A stretch of 64,000 nucleotides of DNA from the human T2T-CHM13v2.0 reference genome, Homo sapiens: assembly GCF_009914755.1 (NCBI RefSeq), contig NC_060925.1. One strand, 5' to 3'. Positions 1-12,449 of the stretch are shown here, piece by piece. Made by a program: the position numbers and the translations under genes. The notes beneath the pieces were generated by a model. It made no database searches and had not been told where the DNA came from. It saw only the letters and a program-made list of their open reading frames with translations. How positions within the stretch are numbered: position 1 is the stretch's first letter; every line of letters starts with the position of its first letter.

Positions 1-84
1 AATTTCATTAATTTAATACCTTTTCAATTTATATATTTTGCACCTTAGTTTCCTTATGTAATGGCTGAATCGCTTTCATGTGGT

Positions 85-330
85 TCATTCATTCATTCAT
101 TCATTCAGCAATTGTTTATTAGGCATTTATTCTGCACCAGGTACTGTCCTTGGTGCTGAGTATTCAGTGGTGAACAAGATAATATCCAAATGTCTCTGTT
201 ATCACGGACCTTGGATTGGACAGAGGAATATACGATAACTGTGTAAAGAAGTTAAAAAGTGAATAAGATAAGTTCAGGTAGTGATGTAAAAATCCCACCA
301 CCTAGAACACCACCTGGCACCTACGTGCTT
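85..330 (-). mobile_element. L2 LINE 3' fragment
   Basis: (CATT)n tail followed by L2-like tttattaggcatttattctgcaccagg. Confidence 0.65.
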
Positions 331-1054
331 AGTAAATACTTGACGAACACAAAAGACCTAGAAAGATATAAAATAAGGTCAGGAGAGGGAGCATCACTGA
401 TGCGGCCTGGGCATGGGGAAGGGGGTGACTGGAGATTCTGTGGTCTGGAAAGGCTTCTTTGAGGAGATGAGGTGAGGGGTGTCCTTCTGGATGGATTTCT
501 GTTCTGGTCTATGGATTTGCTCTGATCAAACTAAGTTCAGTGATAAACAAGACAGAAATGTGCTCAACAGTAGGAGAAAGAGAAGGAATGAATGGCAAAG
601 AAATAAGTCAGACATTTCACATAGCAAGAGATCAGAGGCTACGGCCAGAGTTAAAAATCCAAAGATCACAATAAGTAATGAGAGATGAGAGGCTGCCTAT
701 TAAAACTGCTGTTTCTGACTCTCTGTGGAGAAATATCAACACTTTCTCTCCTCCTGCCCCTCTTCTTCCTTTCTGTTTCTCTCAGGCTACACTGACATAG
801 AATGTATAGCAGTTAATTGAAATTATTTGATTTTTGTTTTAAACAGAGGTTGCTTGTTAAAATAAGCCACAAGAGGGATTTTGGTTAAGTTATTGATCTC
901 AAACATAAATGTTTTCCTTGTAGATAACAGCACTTCCCTGGCTATAGAAACCTTTTAGCTGCCTCACCCACTGTGAAATATTTTTTTTTAAAGAACAATC
1001 ATAGTCACCCCTTACAATTACTAAGTACTTTTACTCCCAAAACATCTTTACACC

Positions 1055-1096
1055 AATGACGTCATTTCTTTTCACACTTCCCATATAAGGCAGGAA
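1055..1096. promoter_or_regulatory. CRE (AATGACGTCATT) + ETS-like + CArG (CCATATAAGG) cluster in TSPAN2 intron 3
   Basis: TGACGTCA 1057-1064, ACTTCC 1076-1081, CCATATAAGG 1081-1090, CAGGAA 1091-1096. Confidence 0.4.
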
Positions 1097-1106
1097 CAAA
1101 GATAAT

Positions 1107-1395
<289 letters not shown>

Positions 1396-1575
1396 TAGTT
1401 AGTATTATTCATATATAAGAGATGGAGAAACCAAGACTGAGGGAGGAAAAGTGCATGCCAAGGGCTCAGAGAGTCCACGGAGGAGCTGGAGCCAGGGGCC
1501 AGAGGCACTGACTCCCTTCAGATGCAGGCCGCTCCCTCACCCCCACCCCACCATTTACCCCCTCGCCCCACTTAC

Positions 1576-1673
1576 TGATCCAAGCACACATTGCGACTCC
1601 CGCATGGCTCCGCAGCACCCGAAGAACCCCACGGCCATCATCAGGGCCCCGGCTCCAACCAGAACATACAGCC
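1576..1673 (-). CDS. TSPAN2: Tetraspanin-2 exon 3 ([33 protein letters not shown])
   Basis: 98-nt exon; acceptor cttccccacAG, donor GTAAGT; phase 1 to 0; contains the tetraspanin signature GFFGCCGA-x-RESQC (TM2/inner loop). Confidence 0.97.
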
Positions 1674-2619
1674 CTGTGGGGAAGAGGTCAGAGGAGACCA
1701 CTGAGAGCCAACCGAGTGCCTCCACGACCAACTAGGCTTAAGACTCTGGGCACTGCAGAGCATTCTAATAGTACCAAAAGGAGGTGCTATTCTTACTGCC
1801 ATGTTTGACACGGAGGAACTGGGCCCCAAAAGGTAAAGCGATTTGCTTAAGGTCATAGAGCTGGTGTTTGGCAGAGCCGGGAGAAAAATAGCCATGAGCC
1901 TCAAAAGCCTGCCCAACACTCCGACTCTGTCTTGCATCTCTAGTGATGGAGGCAGCCATCATTCAGGTGGGGATTTCACTTACTGCTTAGGCAAGCCCCA
2001 CGTACAGTTCTTACAGAGAAAGAAAAGGACAGAAATGCTCTGGTTCTGAGAGAACTAAAGCCAAGCCTTTTTGTATTTCCTTCTCTGATCCTGAGATAAG
2101 TTAGAATACAATATGGGACTTGGCACTTGTCTTACTTGGAATCATGTTAATGGTCTCTATTTCATTTTTTGCATTTTACTCATATGAGTCACCTGGAAAC
2201 CACTCCCATTAATAGGGAGGGTGGGGGCTGGTGCCCCGCCTCTGTGGGGAACCCCTGGGCCTGGCATTCAGGGTGCTTCCTGGGGCGCCTCTGGGTTGCT
2301 GATGGTGGTTTGCGGGCAGATCTGGCAGTTTACAGACCTAGTAGGAGCCACAGGCGAGGCTGCTCTGCTTCCTGCCCCACCCGGACCTGGCCTCAGCGTT
2401 CTTTTCAGGGCCCTGAGGCCTTGCTGCTCTGCAGTCCTGAGGTGGGTATTTATTTCCTGCTGTTCTAGCTCTACCACCTCCTCCCTTTCCCTTTTCTCTA
2501 AAAGAATAATTTCATGAGGGAATGGATGTGGTAATGTGAGAAATGATATCATATTAAAAATAATAGTGTTGTTGGCCCCACTACCTCAACACTTTATTGT
2601 TTTAAAAATGTCTTTCACC

Positions 2620-3509
2620 AAAGGTCTAATATCCAGAATCTGTAAGGAACTTAAACAAATCAACAAGCAAAAGGCAAATAACTCCATTAAAAAGTGGGCA
2701 AAAGACATAAACAGACAATTCTCCAAAGAAGACATGCAAGCGAGCAACAAACATGAAATAATGCTCGTCATCTCTAATCATCAGAGAAATGCAAATCAAA
2801 ACCACAATGAGATACCATCTCATACCAGTCAGAATGGCTTTTGTTAAAAAGTCAAAAATAACAGATGTTGGCAAGGCTGGGAGTAAAGGGGACACTTTAT
2901 ACAATGTTGCGAATGTAAATCAGTACAGCCACTGCAGAAGGCAGTTTGGAGATGACTCAAACAACTGAGTTGAACTACCACTCGACCCGGCAATCCCATT
3001 GCTGGGTAAATACCTAAAGGAAAATAAGTCATTCTGTCAAAAGGGTACATGTTCACTGCAGCACTATTCACAACGGCACAGGTATGGAATCAACCCAGGT
3101 GCCCATCAATGGTAGATAGGATAAAGAAAATGTGGTACATATACACCATGGAATACTATGCAGCCATAAAAAAGAACAAAATCATGCCCTTTGCAGCAAC
3201 ATGAATGCAGCTGGAGGCCATTATCCTAAGCAAACTATCACAGGAACAGAACATCAAATACCGCATGTTCTCACTTATAAGTAGGAGCTAAATATTGGGT
3301 ACACATGGACGTAAAGATGGGAATGATAGATACTGGGGACTACTAGAGGGGCACAGGTGTTGAAAAACTAACTATTGGATACTATATTCATTACCTCAGT
3401 GACAGGTTCAGTCATACCCCCAATCTCGGCATCACTCAATGTACCTTTGTAACAAACCTGCCCATGTACCCCCTGATTCTAAAATGAAAGTTGAAAAAGA
3501 AAAAAAAAA
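2620..3509 (+). mobile_element. 5'-truncated L1 (ORF2 C-terminus + 3'UTR + poly-A)
   Basis: L1 ORF2-like peptide (KGLISRICKELKQI...IKKWAKD), poly-A at ~3490-3509, degenerate TSD gtctttcac/gtcattcac. Confidence 0.92.
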
Positions 3510-5029
3510 GTCATTCACTGTGTTGCAATGTTTTCAAAGCTCTCACTTCCATCATCTTATTGGCTTCTCAAAACAACGTGGTTAGGTAAGCAAGGACTAT
3601 TATTTCTGTTTTACAAATGGAGGTCTGAGAGTCAAGATGGCTGTAGGCAGGATGCCCTGGCCTGCAGCCCCAATTCCCATCCCACACTTCTATTTGACCA
3701 CCCCACAGAAGCGAGCTGAATGCAGGGCGGCAGCAACAACACCATATTCAGTTCCTTCATGGAATGTCTCCTGGTGGACCCCCTTGCTGCAGAACATGCC
3801 CATTGCCTCTCATTGCTACTGCCACAATTGCTACATGATGCCGTTTGCAGATCTATCATGAAGTCACAGCCTACAGAACAGTTTCCCCCAAAATCTTTAT
3901 CCATCCTATGCTCCAGCCACCTGGGAATTCACCATGATCTGGCTGTGTCCTGCTCTTTTCCATTTTGTGCTTTTGCAGGTTCTCATATTAGTCTCTCATT
4001 ATAGATTTCAAGTTGACAAACCTTATTCATCCTCTCTAGAACATGCCCTGCACAAGGCAGAATTCTTAGTCAGTGTGCATTGGATTAGTAGATAAGACAG
4101 AGAAAATCAAATCAGTTCCAGGCTTGCTGGCTGTCATCACCCATCTTTGCTTAGAGATATATGCTGGAAACAGGTCTCAGCAAACATCCACAAAGCAACT
4201 ACATAGCTGTGCTCTCCAAAGCCAAGCACATGAGGATGGTTGCTCCGCACCCCGAGACACCCTGGAATATGCGAAAGAGGGAGGCTCGTGAGGAGGCAGG
4301 AGGCTCACTGGACAGGGGCACAGAGGTTTGAGGAGGCCAGAGTTGTTCCCCACTGTAAATGAAACTGTCTGCTCCCTCAGGCAACAATCCTTATCCTTCT
4401 GAAATAATGAGCTTTTCAGGAAAGTGTGCTTTTTTGAACAATATTTCATTCTTAGGCTATCAGAATCCCAGAGCTCACGGCAAAAACAACCTGAAGCTGC
4501 CCTAGCAGCTTCAACTTTGAGGCCACTTCTCAGCCAGCCTCTGTTTTGTATGTGTGGGCCCGTGACTCAGCCCAGCTCCAAATGAACATTGCTTGCTGAA
4601 GCTGAAGGGAAAAGCAGAAGAAATTCTACAAGAGGAAAGGTTCCCTGGGCGTGCCGGATCCAGTTCCAAATCTGACTCTAATACTCCGCATGCCATAAGG
4701 CCACCTGTGGCTTCCAAGGATACTTTATCCTTCTTATGGTCTGACCCTCAAAAAATAGCTGCTGAATGTAATAATTAATTTACAGCCACATTTTAAATTC
4801 CAAGATGGTTACTGTAGAGCCTTCTCCTTCCCACAGGAGCAGGTGTGACAAACATACGACCTACTTCCCAAAGCCCTCATGCTTTCCGAGTCCTATTGCC
4901 TTTGATTTGAAAAATAGAAAACATTTTGAAATTACATTTTCATCATGAATAGCTGGCCTTTGGGATGCCAGTGATCTCTGTGACATGCTACCACAAGTAC
5001 TTTCCCTGGGACACCTTCATTTTTAAAAA

Positions 5030-5893
5030 TTTAAAAAGTATTTAAAATTATTTATTAATATCTTACTGATACATAATAGTTGTACACATTTTGGGGGTAC
5101 ATATGCTATTTCAATGCATGTATACAATGTGTAAGGATCAAATCAGTGTCACTGAGATATCCATCACCTCAAACATTTATCTTTGTGTTGGGAAGTTACA
5201 ATTCTTCTCACCTAGCTACTTTGAAATATATAAAAATTATTGTTAAATATAATTTTCCTACTGTTCTATAGAATACAAGAATTTCTTCCTTCTATTTAAC
5301 TGTATTTTTGTACCCATTAAGCAGCTTCTCTTTATCTCCCCAACCCCCTACACTCTGCGGCCTCCAGTAACCATCAGTCTACCCTCGGCCTCCATGAGAT
5401 CCACTTATTCAGTTCCCACATGAGTGAGATCATGTGATATCTGCTCTTCCTGTGCTTGGCTTGTTTCACTTAACACAATGGCCTCTAGTTCCATCCATGC
5501 TGCTACAAATGACAGGATTTCTTTCTTTTTATGGCTGAGTAATATTCCATTGTGTATATGTACCACATTTTCTTCATCCATCCATCTGCTGATGGACACT
5601 TAGGTTGACTCCATATGTTGGCTATTGTGAAAAGTGCTGCAATAAACATGGGAGTGCAGATGTCTCTTTGATTTACTGATTTCCTTTCTTTTGGATATAT
5701 ACCCAGCAGTGGGAATGCTGGATGATAGCTCTATATTTATTTTTTGAGGAACTGCCATACTGTTCTCCATAGTGGCTGTACTACTTTATATTCCCACCAA
5801 TAGTGTACGAGGCTTCCCCTTTCTCCAGATCCTTGCCAGCATTTGCTATTCTTTCTCCCTTTGATAATAGTCATTCTAGCTGGGGTAAGATAT
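5030..5893 (-). mobile_element. L1 3' fragment (older L1PB/L1MA-type)
   Basis: Reverse complement of L1 ORF2 end/3'UTR (EILSFVAAWMELEAIVLSE). Confidence 0.88.
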
Positions 5894-6204
5894 GGAACAT
5901 GTTCCCAGGCAATTCCATCACTCTTTTCTTAGGTTTCAGAGTCTTCTTTTAAGCTAGAAACATCATTTTAGTTAACATAAAAATGAGAGAGAACCTCCTA
6001 ACGGCCTACTGGGATAAACTCATTTAAAAATGTGGTTCCCCCCTTTTAGGGACTGGACGTGGTCATCAATTTTAATGGCTTTCTAGCAGCAGATGGTTTT
6101 ACATAATCTGCTAATGACCATTTTTTTATTTGAAATTTTTTTATGTCCCTACATTTATGTCCCTTCAGTATCCCCTGAATGCATATAATAATGCAAATAT
6201 CTAG

Positions 6205-6432
6205 AATATTGAATGCAACTTAGTTTTTGGGAAGGGCAAGTGTTTCAGATTTAGGATGTTTTCACATTTTGGAATGTTTGCATTACACTGGTTGAGCATT
6301 CCTAATCCGAAAATCCCAAATCTGAAATTATCCAATGAGCATTTCCTTTGAGAGTCAGGATAGTGCTCAAAAGGTTTTGGATGTGGGGGAATTTTGGATT
6401 TTGGATTTTCAGATTAGGGATGCTCGATCTGT
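6205..6432. mobile_element. Tigger4a/MER46A-like DNA transposon (TcMar-Tigger)
   Basis: ggttgagcattcctaatccgaaaatc...ggattttcagattagggatgctcgatctg with internal inverted repeats. Confidence 0.75.
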
Positions 6433-9400
6433 AATAACAATAGCCAATATTTACTGAGGGCTCACCACAGAACAGATACTATGCTTAAATATGTTCATAT
6501 TTCACAGCTGAAGAATCTGAGACACCAAGAAATTAAATAATTTATGTAAGATTGCATAGCTTGTGAGGGGAAAAATTGGAACTGAACCTAGGGGAGCCTA
6601 CTCCAAAGTGCAGTCCCTGAACCCCTATGCTTTCGTTTTAGCAGTAACTGTGAAGAACAACAATGCTCTTAGCTAGAAATTGGTTCATTTTGCAATTTAT
6701 AAATGGCAGTAGAGTTATTTTTCTTCTCCCTTGAGAAAAGTACTTGAGATGTCTAGAATTGATGATTCCTGGTTTTTCCTCTGAAAGTACAGGGCTGGGA
6801 GCCAGAAATCCAGGCCTGCCAACTATGGCTTGAGGTAAGTCTTCCTACCCTTCAGTTTCGTTAGCTGCAATATGGAAATGATTGTCTATTCCAACTTCTT
6901 ATAAAAATGCCCTGGAGAAATTGTCTCAACAATGTAAGCTACAACACCTCTCTGGTATACAGCTACCATGGATGTCAGGTACAAGTGAAAACCAAGTAAA
7001 AAAATATGACCAGCGTGAGTCAGAGTTTTTAACAAGCCAAGCCACCCCCTTGGTGTTCGGCACTGGAATGCTTTCCTTATACATAACATCCAGCCACAAT
7101 CAGAGCCAGGCTTGGAGACTCTGAGTTCCACAGGGAGAGACAGCTGCAGTCAGGCTGCGATCCTGGAGAGCCGAGTGGCTCCTGCGTGTGTGGGCAACCC
7201 CTTCTTGGAGTAAACCTGTTAATATCCTCTGCTCACAGACATGACTTCATGCACCAAGCACACAGTCTCTCCAGTTTTCCAAGGGCTGAGGGGCTCGCTC
7301 CCTACTCTGTAACTCTAGAAAGAAGACCCCTGGGGTGTCTGCCCACTCCAGAGAGGGACTGTAACAGGAAGTCAGATGGGCAGGTTGCTGGAATTTGGAA
7401 GACACGGGGGCTTCTCCCAAGAGTGCCCTGAAAGAGACTAGCGTGGACAAGGTCTAGGCAACACGGAGCAACCCAAGCCCTCCTCTGCCAGCGTCACTCC
7501 TGCCAGGTCCTCTCTTCTACCCTTAGCAACCAGTGGACACAGAGACTTTGGAAGGGCCTCCAGGCCTTGGCCTGGATGCAGAGGGCCCTGAGAAGAGACA
7601 CAGGTGGCAGTCAGTCTGACTATCCTCTCGCCCTGTCCTCATTTCCCACAGCTGGATCCTCCTGCCCTGCCCTGGGATTGACCACACCTCTGGCTTGGAG
7701 GTTATGTCTGATCTTTATCACAGGAAGGGAAACTCGCTCCATCCCCAAGGAAAGAGAACCAAGGATGCCAGAAAGGAAAGCTTCCCCCAGAAGATGGGAC
7801 AATTTCCCTTACAAAGTCTGGCAGTCATCTACCCCGAAGCAGGGACCTAGACAAGTGTGTCTTCCTGGGGTTCCTCTCAGAGAGGAGAGTCAAGGCTGGA
7901 AGGGCTTATTTCTTTAAGAACCATTTGAATGTGCCATGCCTGTTTAGGACACTCTTTAACAAAGGGGTGATAAGAGTTTAATGGGCTGATTTATCTGGAA
8001 CCTATTCTGAAAAGGAAATACCCAGATCAGTGAATGGTGCCCTGTGACAGTGGAGTGAGATTTTCCAAACACTGGGCCTGTTTGTTTCCTAAAGTGCTAT
8101 CACCTCATACTGTATGTTGTGCAAATCCATAAACAGCATCCTAGTGTATTTTTCTTCTTGTTTTGTTGCTGGAGAGCAGGTATCTTATGTGGAAAATTAT
8201 TTACTGAGGAAAAAATGTCAATTTCTACAAACATGTCTATTGTCTTTCTATTTATATTATAAGACATACTTGAAAGGGAAAAAAGGTACCTGACTTCACA
8301 AGGACTTCTTGTTGCCAATATCCAGAGAGGCAGCACCGGGAGACAGGGCAAGCACGGACCTGGCTGTCAGCAAACCTGGGTTCCAGGCCAAGCCCCACCA
8401 GGAGGAGCTGGGAAGCCCTGGCTGACTGCCAGCCCCAGGTGTTTATCCACAGCCTGTAGTTTCCTTATTCTGCGTGGTGCTAAGTTTCTATGATGACCCA
8501 CTTCTCTGAACTTTGAGCATGGATCGTGAGTGCCTTTACCACCAACCACTCTGGGCTGCCTTAGGAAAGGGAGATGGGGTGGACGAGGAACGAAAGGTGG
8601 GTAAACCCATATCATGCCCTGTGACACCAAGAGCAAGCAGGAGGATTCAGGCCCTGCTGTGGCCTGCTGTTTTCCCTGCCCAGAATCCACTTCTTTTTCT
8701 CTATTAGGTAAAGGGAACTCCTCCATTCTCAGCCCATGTGGTTTGAGAGGGCTGACTCACCTCCAGCTCCACGGTGGGCATGAAGCCCAGGCATATGCCC
8801 ACAAGCAGCTGTCCACAATGACAAGTTCGAGGATGGGCAAGAGGTCCAATACTGCCAACGAGAGTTAGGCCTGGGGCATTACATGCATCTGTTGGAATGA
8901 AAAAAGCATGTTCTACTTCTGGAGTCACTCTGGAAGTGGAGCCTAGAGCCACTGACGGCCGTTTTATCACATGGAGAAGAAACCTGCTTAAGAATGGAGC
9001 CAAAGGAAAGCAGGGCCAAGAGATGGCTCCAGACTGGACTCTGGTCACATCATCTGAGTCCCTGAGACCAGTATTAACCCTTGACCTTTCAAGTATGTAA
9101 GTCAATAAAGGTCTGTGTTGCTTTAGTCAATTTGAGTAGGTGTCTGTGATTTGCAATACGAAGAGTCCTGATAGACATGTCCATAAAGATATGACATAAT
9201 GAAGAATTCCTCATATCTCAGGCAGTGTGTGTATTGTTTGGTTTAGATTAGAAACAAAATCAGGAATGTGGGTGTAGAGCCAGTTCAGCCTCTGGCTCAA
9301 CACAGGAATCTCCTGAATGAAACACACAATTCTGATTCTTGCCACGATAGTGGTTAAATATGACATGAAGGAGAGCTCACTTTCATCTATGGAAGTCTAT

Positions 9401-12346
9401 TCAACCTTTTGATGTATCTAATCATAAAGGTTTTTATGTGGAACTGACATCTAGAGCTGTGAAATGGTTATCAGCCCTTTGTTTCTGGAGAAACACAGAC
9501 TGAGGTTGCTCCCGGGGAGGTCTTCCATCTGTAGCGCCACGCAACGGCCCCTCCCTCTGATGGAGCGGGGGCCCCTTACTTAGACCTGTAACTCAGGTTT
9601 CCATCAGAAAGTCATGAATTATTACTGAGAGGCTTGACTCTGCCTCTCACTACCTCTTTTGCCATTTTGATTTCTTCTGTCCCTGAGTTTGATTAGGCAG
9701 GCTTAAAAATGTTTAATAATGTTTCTTATCTTTCTGTTTCTTTCTTCTTAATTCCTTCTGCAATCACTGTGGGTTATACCCTAATTTGTCCGGCCTGATT
9801 ATATCAATAATCTGCTTTTTTTTTTTTTTTCTGTCCTGGGATTCCCCTTTCATTCTACTTCTGCCATAATAATCTCTTTAAAGTACAGTGCAGGTCATAC
9901 CCTACCCCCGGCCCCAAATCATTCTTCTACTGTTTACCAACTTAACCCTGACATTCAAAGGCCTCTATACTTGTCCCCTTTCCCTCCCCAACATTCCAAA
10001 TCCTACTGCCCACCATGCCCTAGTCCTCAGACCCCAACAGAGCCCCCAGCCCCTCCCAGCTTGCTAATCCCTCCCCACAGCCATTCTTTGTGCATGCCTT
10101 CCCCTCAGCCTTTCTAGTCCCCATTTTTCCTCTTCTCCATTGATTACAGCCTGGTCTTTAAAACCTAACTTAAATCCTTCTTTCCTTACCAGTTTAGAAT
10201 GACCTCTAATGCACCCACTGCAAATACCACTTAGCTGGCATTTAGTCACATACTAATTTTTATTGTAATTTAAATTGTGAAGTCTATGAGTCTTTTCATT
10301 TATATTACAAGTTACATGGGGGCGGTTACAGAATTCTTATACATTTTTGTGTGACAGCAGAGCCCAGGACTGTGAATGCTGGCCAATGGATTATATTTAG
10401 GTTATACTGATAGGTTATATTTTTTTGTCTCAAATGTCCTTGCCCTGTGCATACTTCCTGGAAACCATGTGGGTAGAAAGGAGCATTTCAGTTTTATGTC
10501 TACGGCAGATTCCTCTGCTTTTTCCTTGTCACAAAATCCCAATCTTGTCCAAGTGTCACAGGTCCTATGGGGAGCCCAGGCCCCTCCCCAGGCCCAGGGG
10601 AGGGTGTGAGGGTGTGAATATCAATTAGTCAGAGATCCAATCATAGTAATTCGCTTCTTGGCCATGATTGGTTTAGGCATGAATACAGAATGCAATTTTG
10701 ACTAATAAGCTGCAAGGGGAAATGTGTTGGGAGATTCTGAAAAAGGTTTTACTCATTCAAAAAAGGGACCCTATGAAGCGAAATTTGCTTTGTTCTCTTT
10801 TGGATGTTGCTGTACGAGAATACGATGCCTGGAGCCACTGCAGCTATCTTTTAAGGGGAGATGTCTAAGGACACTGAAGACAGCAGAGAGGGGGAAAGAA
10901 CCTGGGCCTTTGATGACTTTGTTCAGCTCTGAACGAATTCTGGAAAGTCCCCATCTCCAGACTTCTTTTACTATATTTCATCACTGTTGAGATGATTTAT
11001 TTTTTGGTATATTTTAACAATGCTGAAATTAGAATGCATCTTTTATGGTATGTCATAGCTAAGCTAAACTGGTAGCATTTTTTCCTTTCTTAATGGAACC
11101 TAAAATAATTGAGTGTTTTACAAAGAGCCACATCTAAGATTTCCTGAAATGTGGAATGTCCTTATTGTTATCCATCTTTAGTAGGTTTTCTGCTACTCTC
11201 CTCTAAAAGTATCCTAACTGACACAGCTCTTTTCCTCGCAGGAGGATGCTGTGTGGGAAGAGTGTTTGTAATAAGAGGCAGCACAGCTGCAGGCTGGCCC
11301 TTCGGGAGGATGTCCCTGCTCTGAGTGGGGCCTGCGCTCTCTCTCTCATGGAAGAGACTCTACTCTTCTTGTGATTTAGAGCAAATGACCTGTGCAGGAT
11401 GCTCTTCCTCCCTGCCATAGAGGTCACCACAGCAACTGAAGCTTACTCTATGGCTGGTGCAGATCCTAAAACAGCCAGTATATGGGGGTGCCACCTCTAA
11501 TGACAATTGTCTTGGGCTTTTTGAAATCTAGAGTCTTAGTCCACTTAGCTGGGGAATGAGAAAAGGTCACAGGAAATGCTAGAAGTAGGTCAACTAATCC
11601 CAGGGCAACAATGCTCAGCCCCTACTAAGAACACTGCCTTGGGGGTGGAGGCTGCACCCCACCCCACACTCCTCACCCCTTCCTACAGAGGTGGGGTCAG
11701 AGCTATTGCCCCTTCCTGCTGGAACCTCTTCCCAGGGGAGTCCCTCTCATCTCCTCTCCCTCCATCCCTCCTCTCCCTCATTCTTCTCTCTCCTCCCCTC
11801 CACTCTGCAGTCCCTAGTCATGGAGAGACTGAGATTAGCACCTTCAAACCTGTATTTTGAGTTATGTTTTTTCCTAGACAATTTAAAATATAAGATCACA
11901 AAATAAAATCCTACAGGGGTCCCGTGTCACCCCATATAGACTAGTGAATGACACACTTGTGGTGTACCCACTTTACTCCAGGGGCAATAGGGAGTTTTCT
12001 CATTCTTTGAAATAAATTTTAGCTGCATTTCCTTGAGACTTCTTTCCTTGAAACAAAGCACAACAGGCTGCTCTTACCAGCCCCAGACTCCCTTGATTTT
12101 GGAGAGCGGAGGAACAGACCGTGTGAGGGCAAGGGGAAGGGGTCACCACAGCCTCTCTACCTGTCTCCAGCAGACAACCCGGAGGGCTACACCAGTGCAC
12201 AGGGGCTCAGAGGTGGCTCCTTTCAGCGTCTTTCCCTGCCTCTCTGCCCTCCCCCTCCCACCAAAGTTCAAGTGCAGCTTCTGCTCTAAGTCTTTGCACA
12301 GCCCCATCTACTCTGAGCTGGAGCTTAGGAAGCTGGAGTCACTCAC

Positions 12347-12449
12347 CCACATAGAAATACTCTGGGGACTTGTCCTCTGATGATAACTCCTTTATGGCAC
12401 CTCCGAACCGAAACCATAGTCCAAAAGCAATGACGGCCGATCCAGCCAG
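12347..12449 (-). CDS. TSPAN2: Tetraspanin-2 exon 2 (LAGSAVIAFGLWFRFGGAIKELSSEDKSPEYFYV + 1 nt)
   Basis: 103-nt exon; acceptor ttgccttccAG, donor GTGAGT; phase 0 to 1; continues TM1 and the small extracellular loop in frame. Confidence 0.96.
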
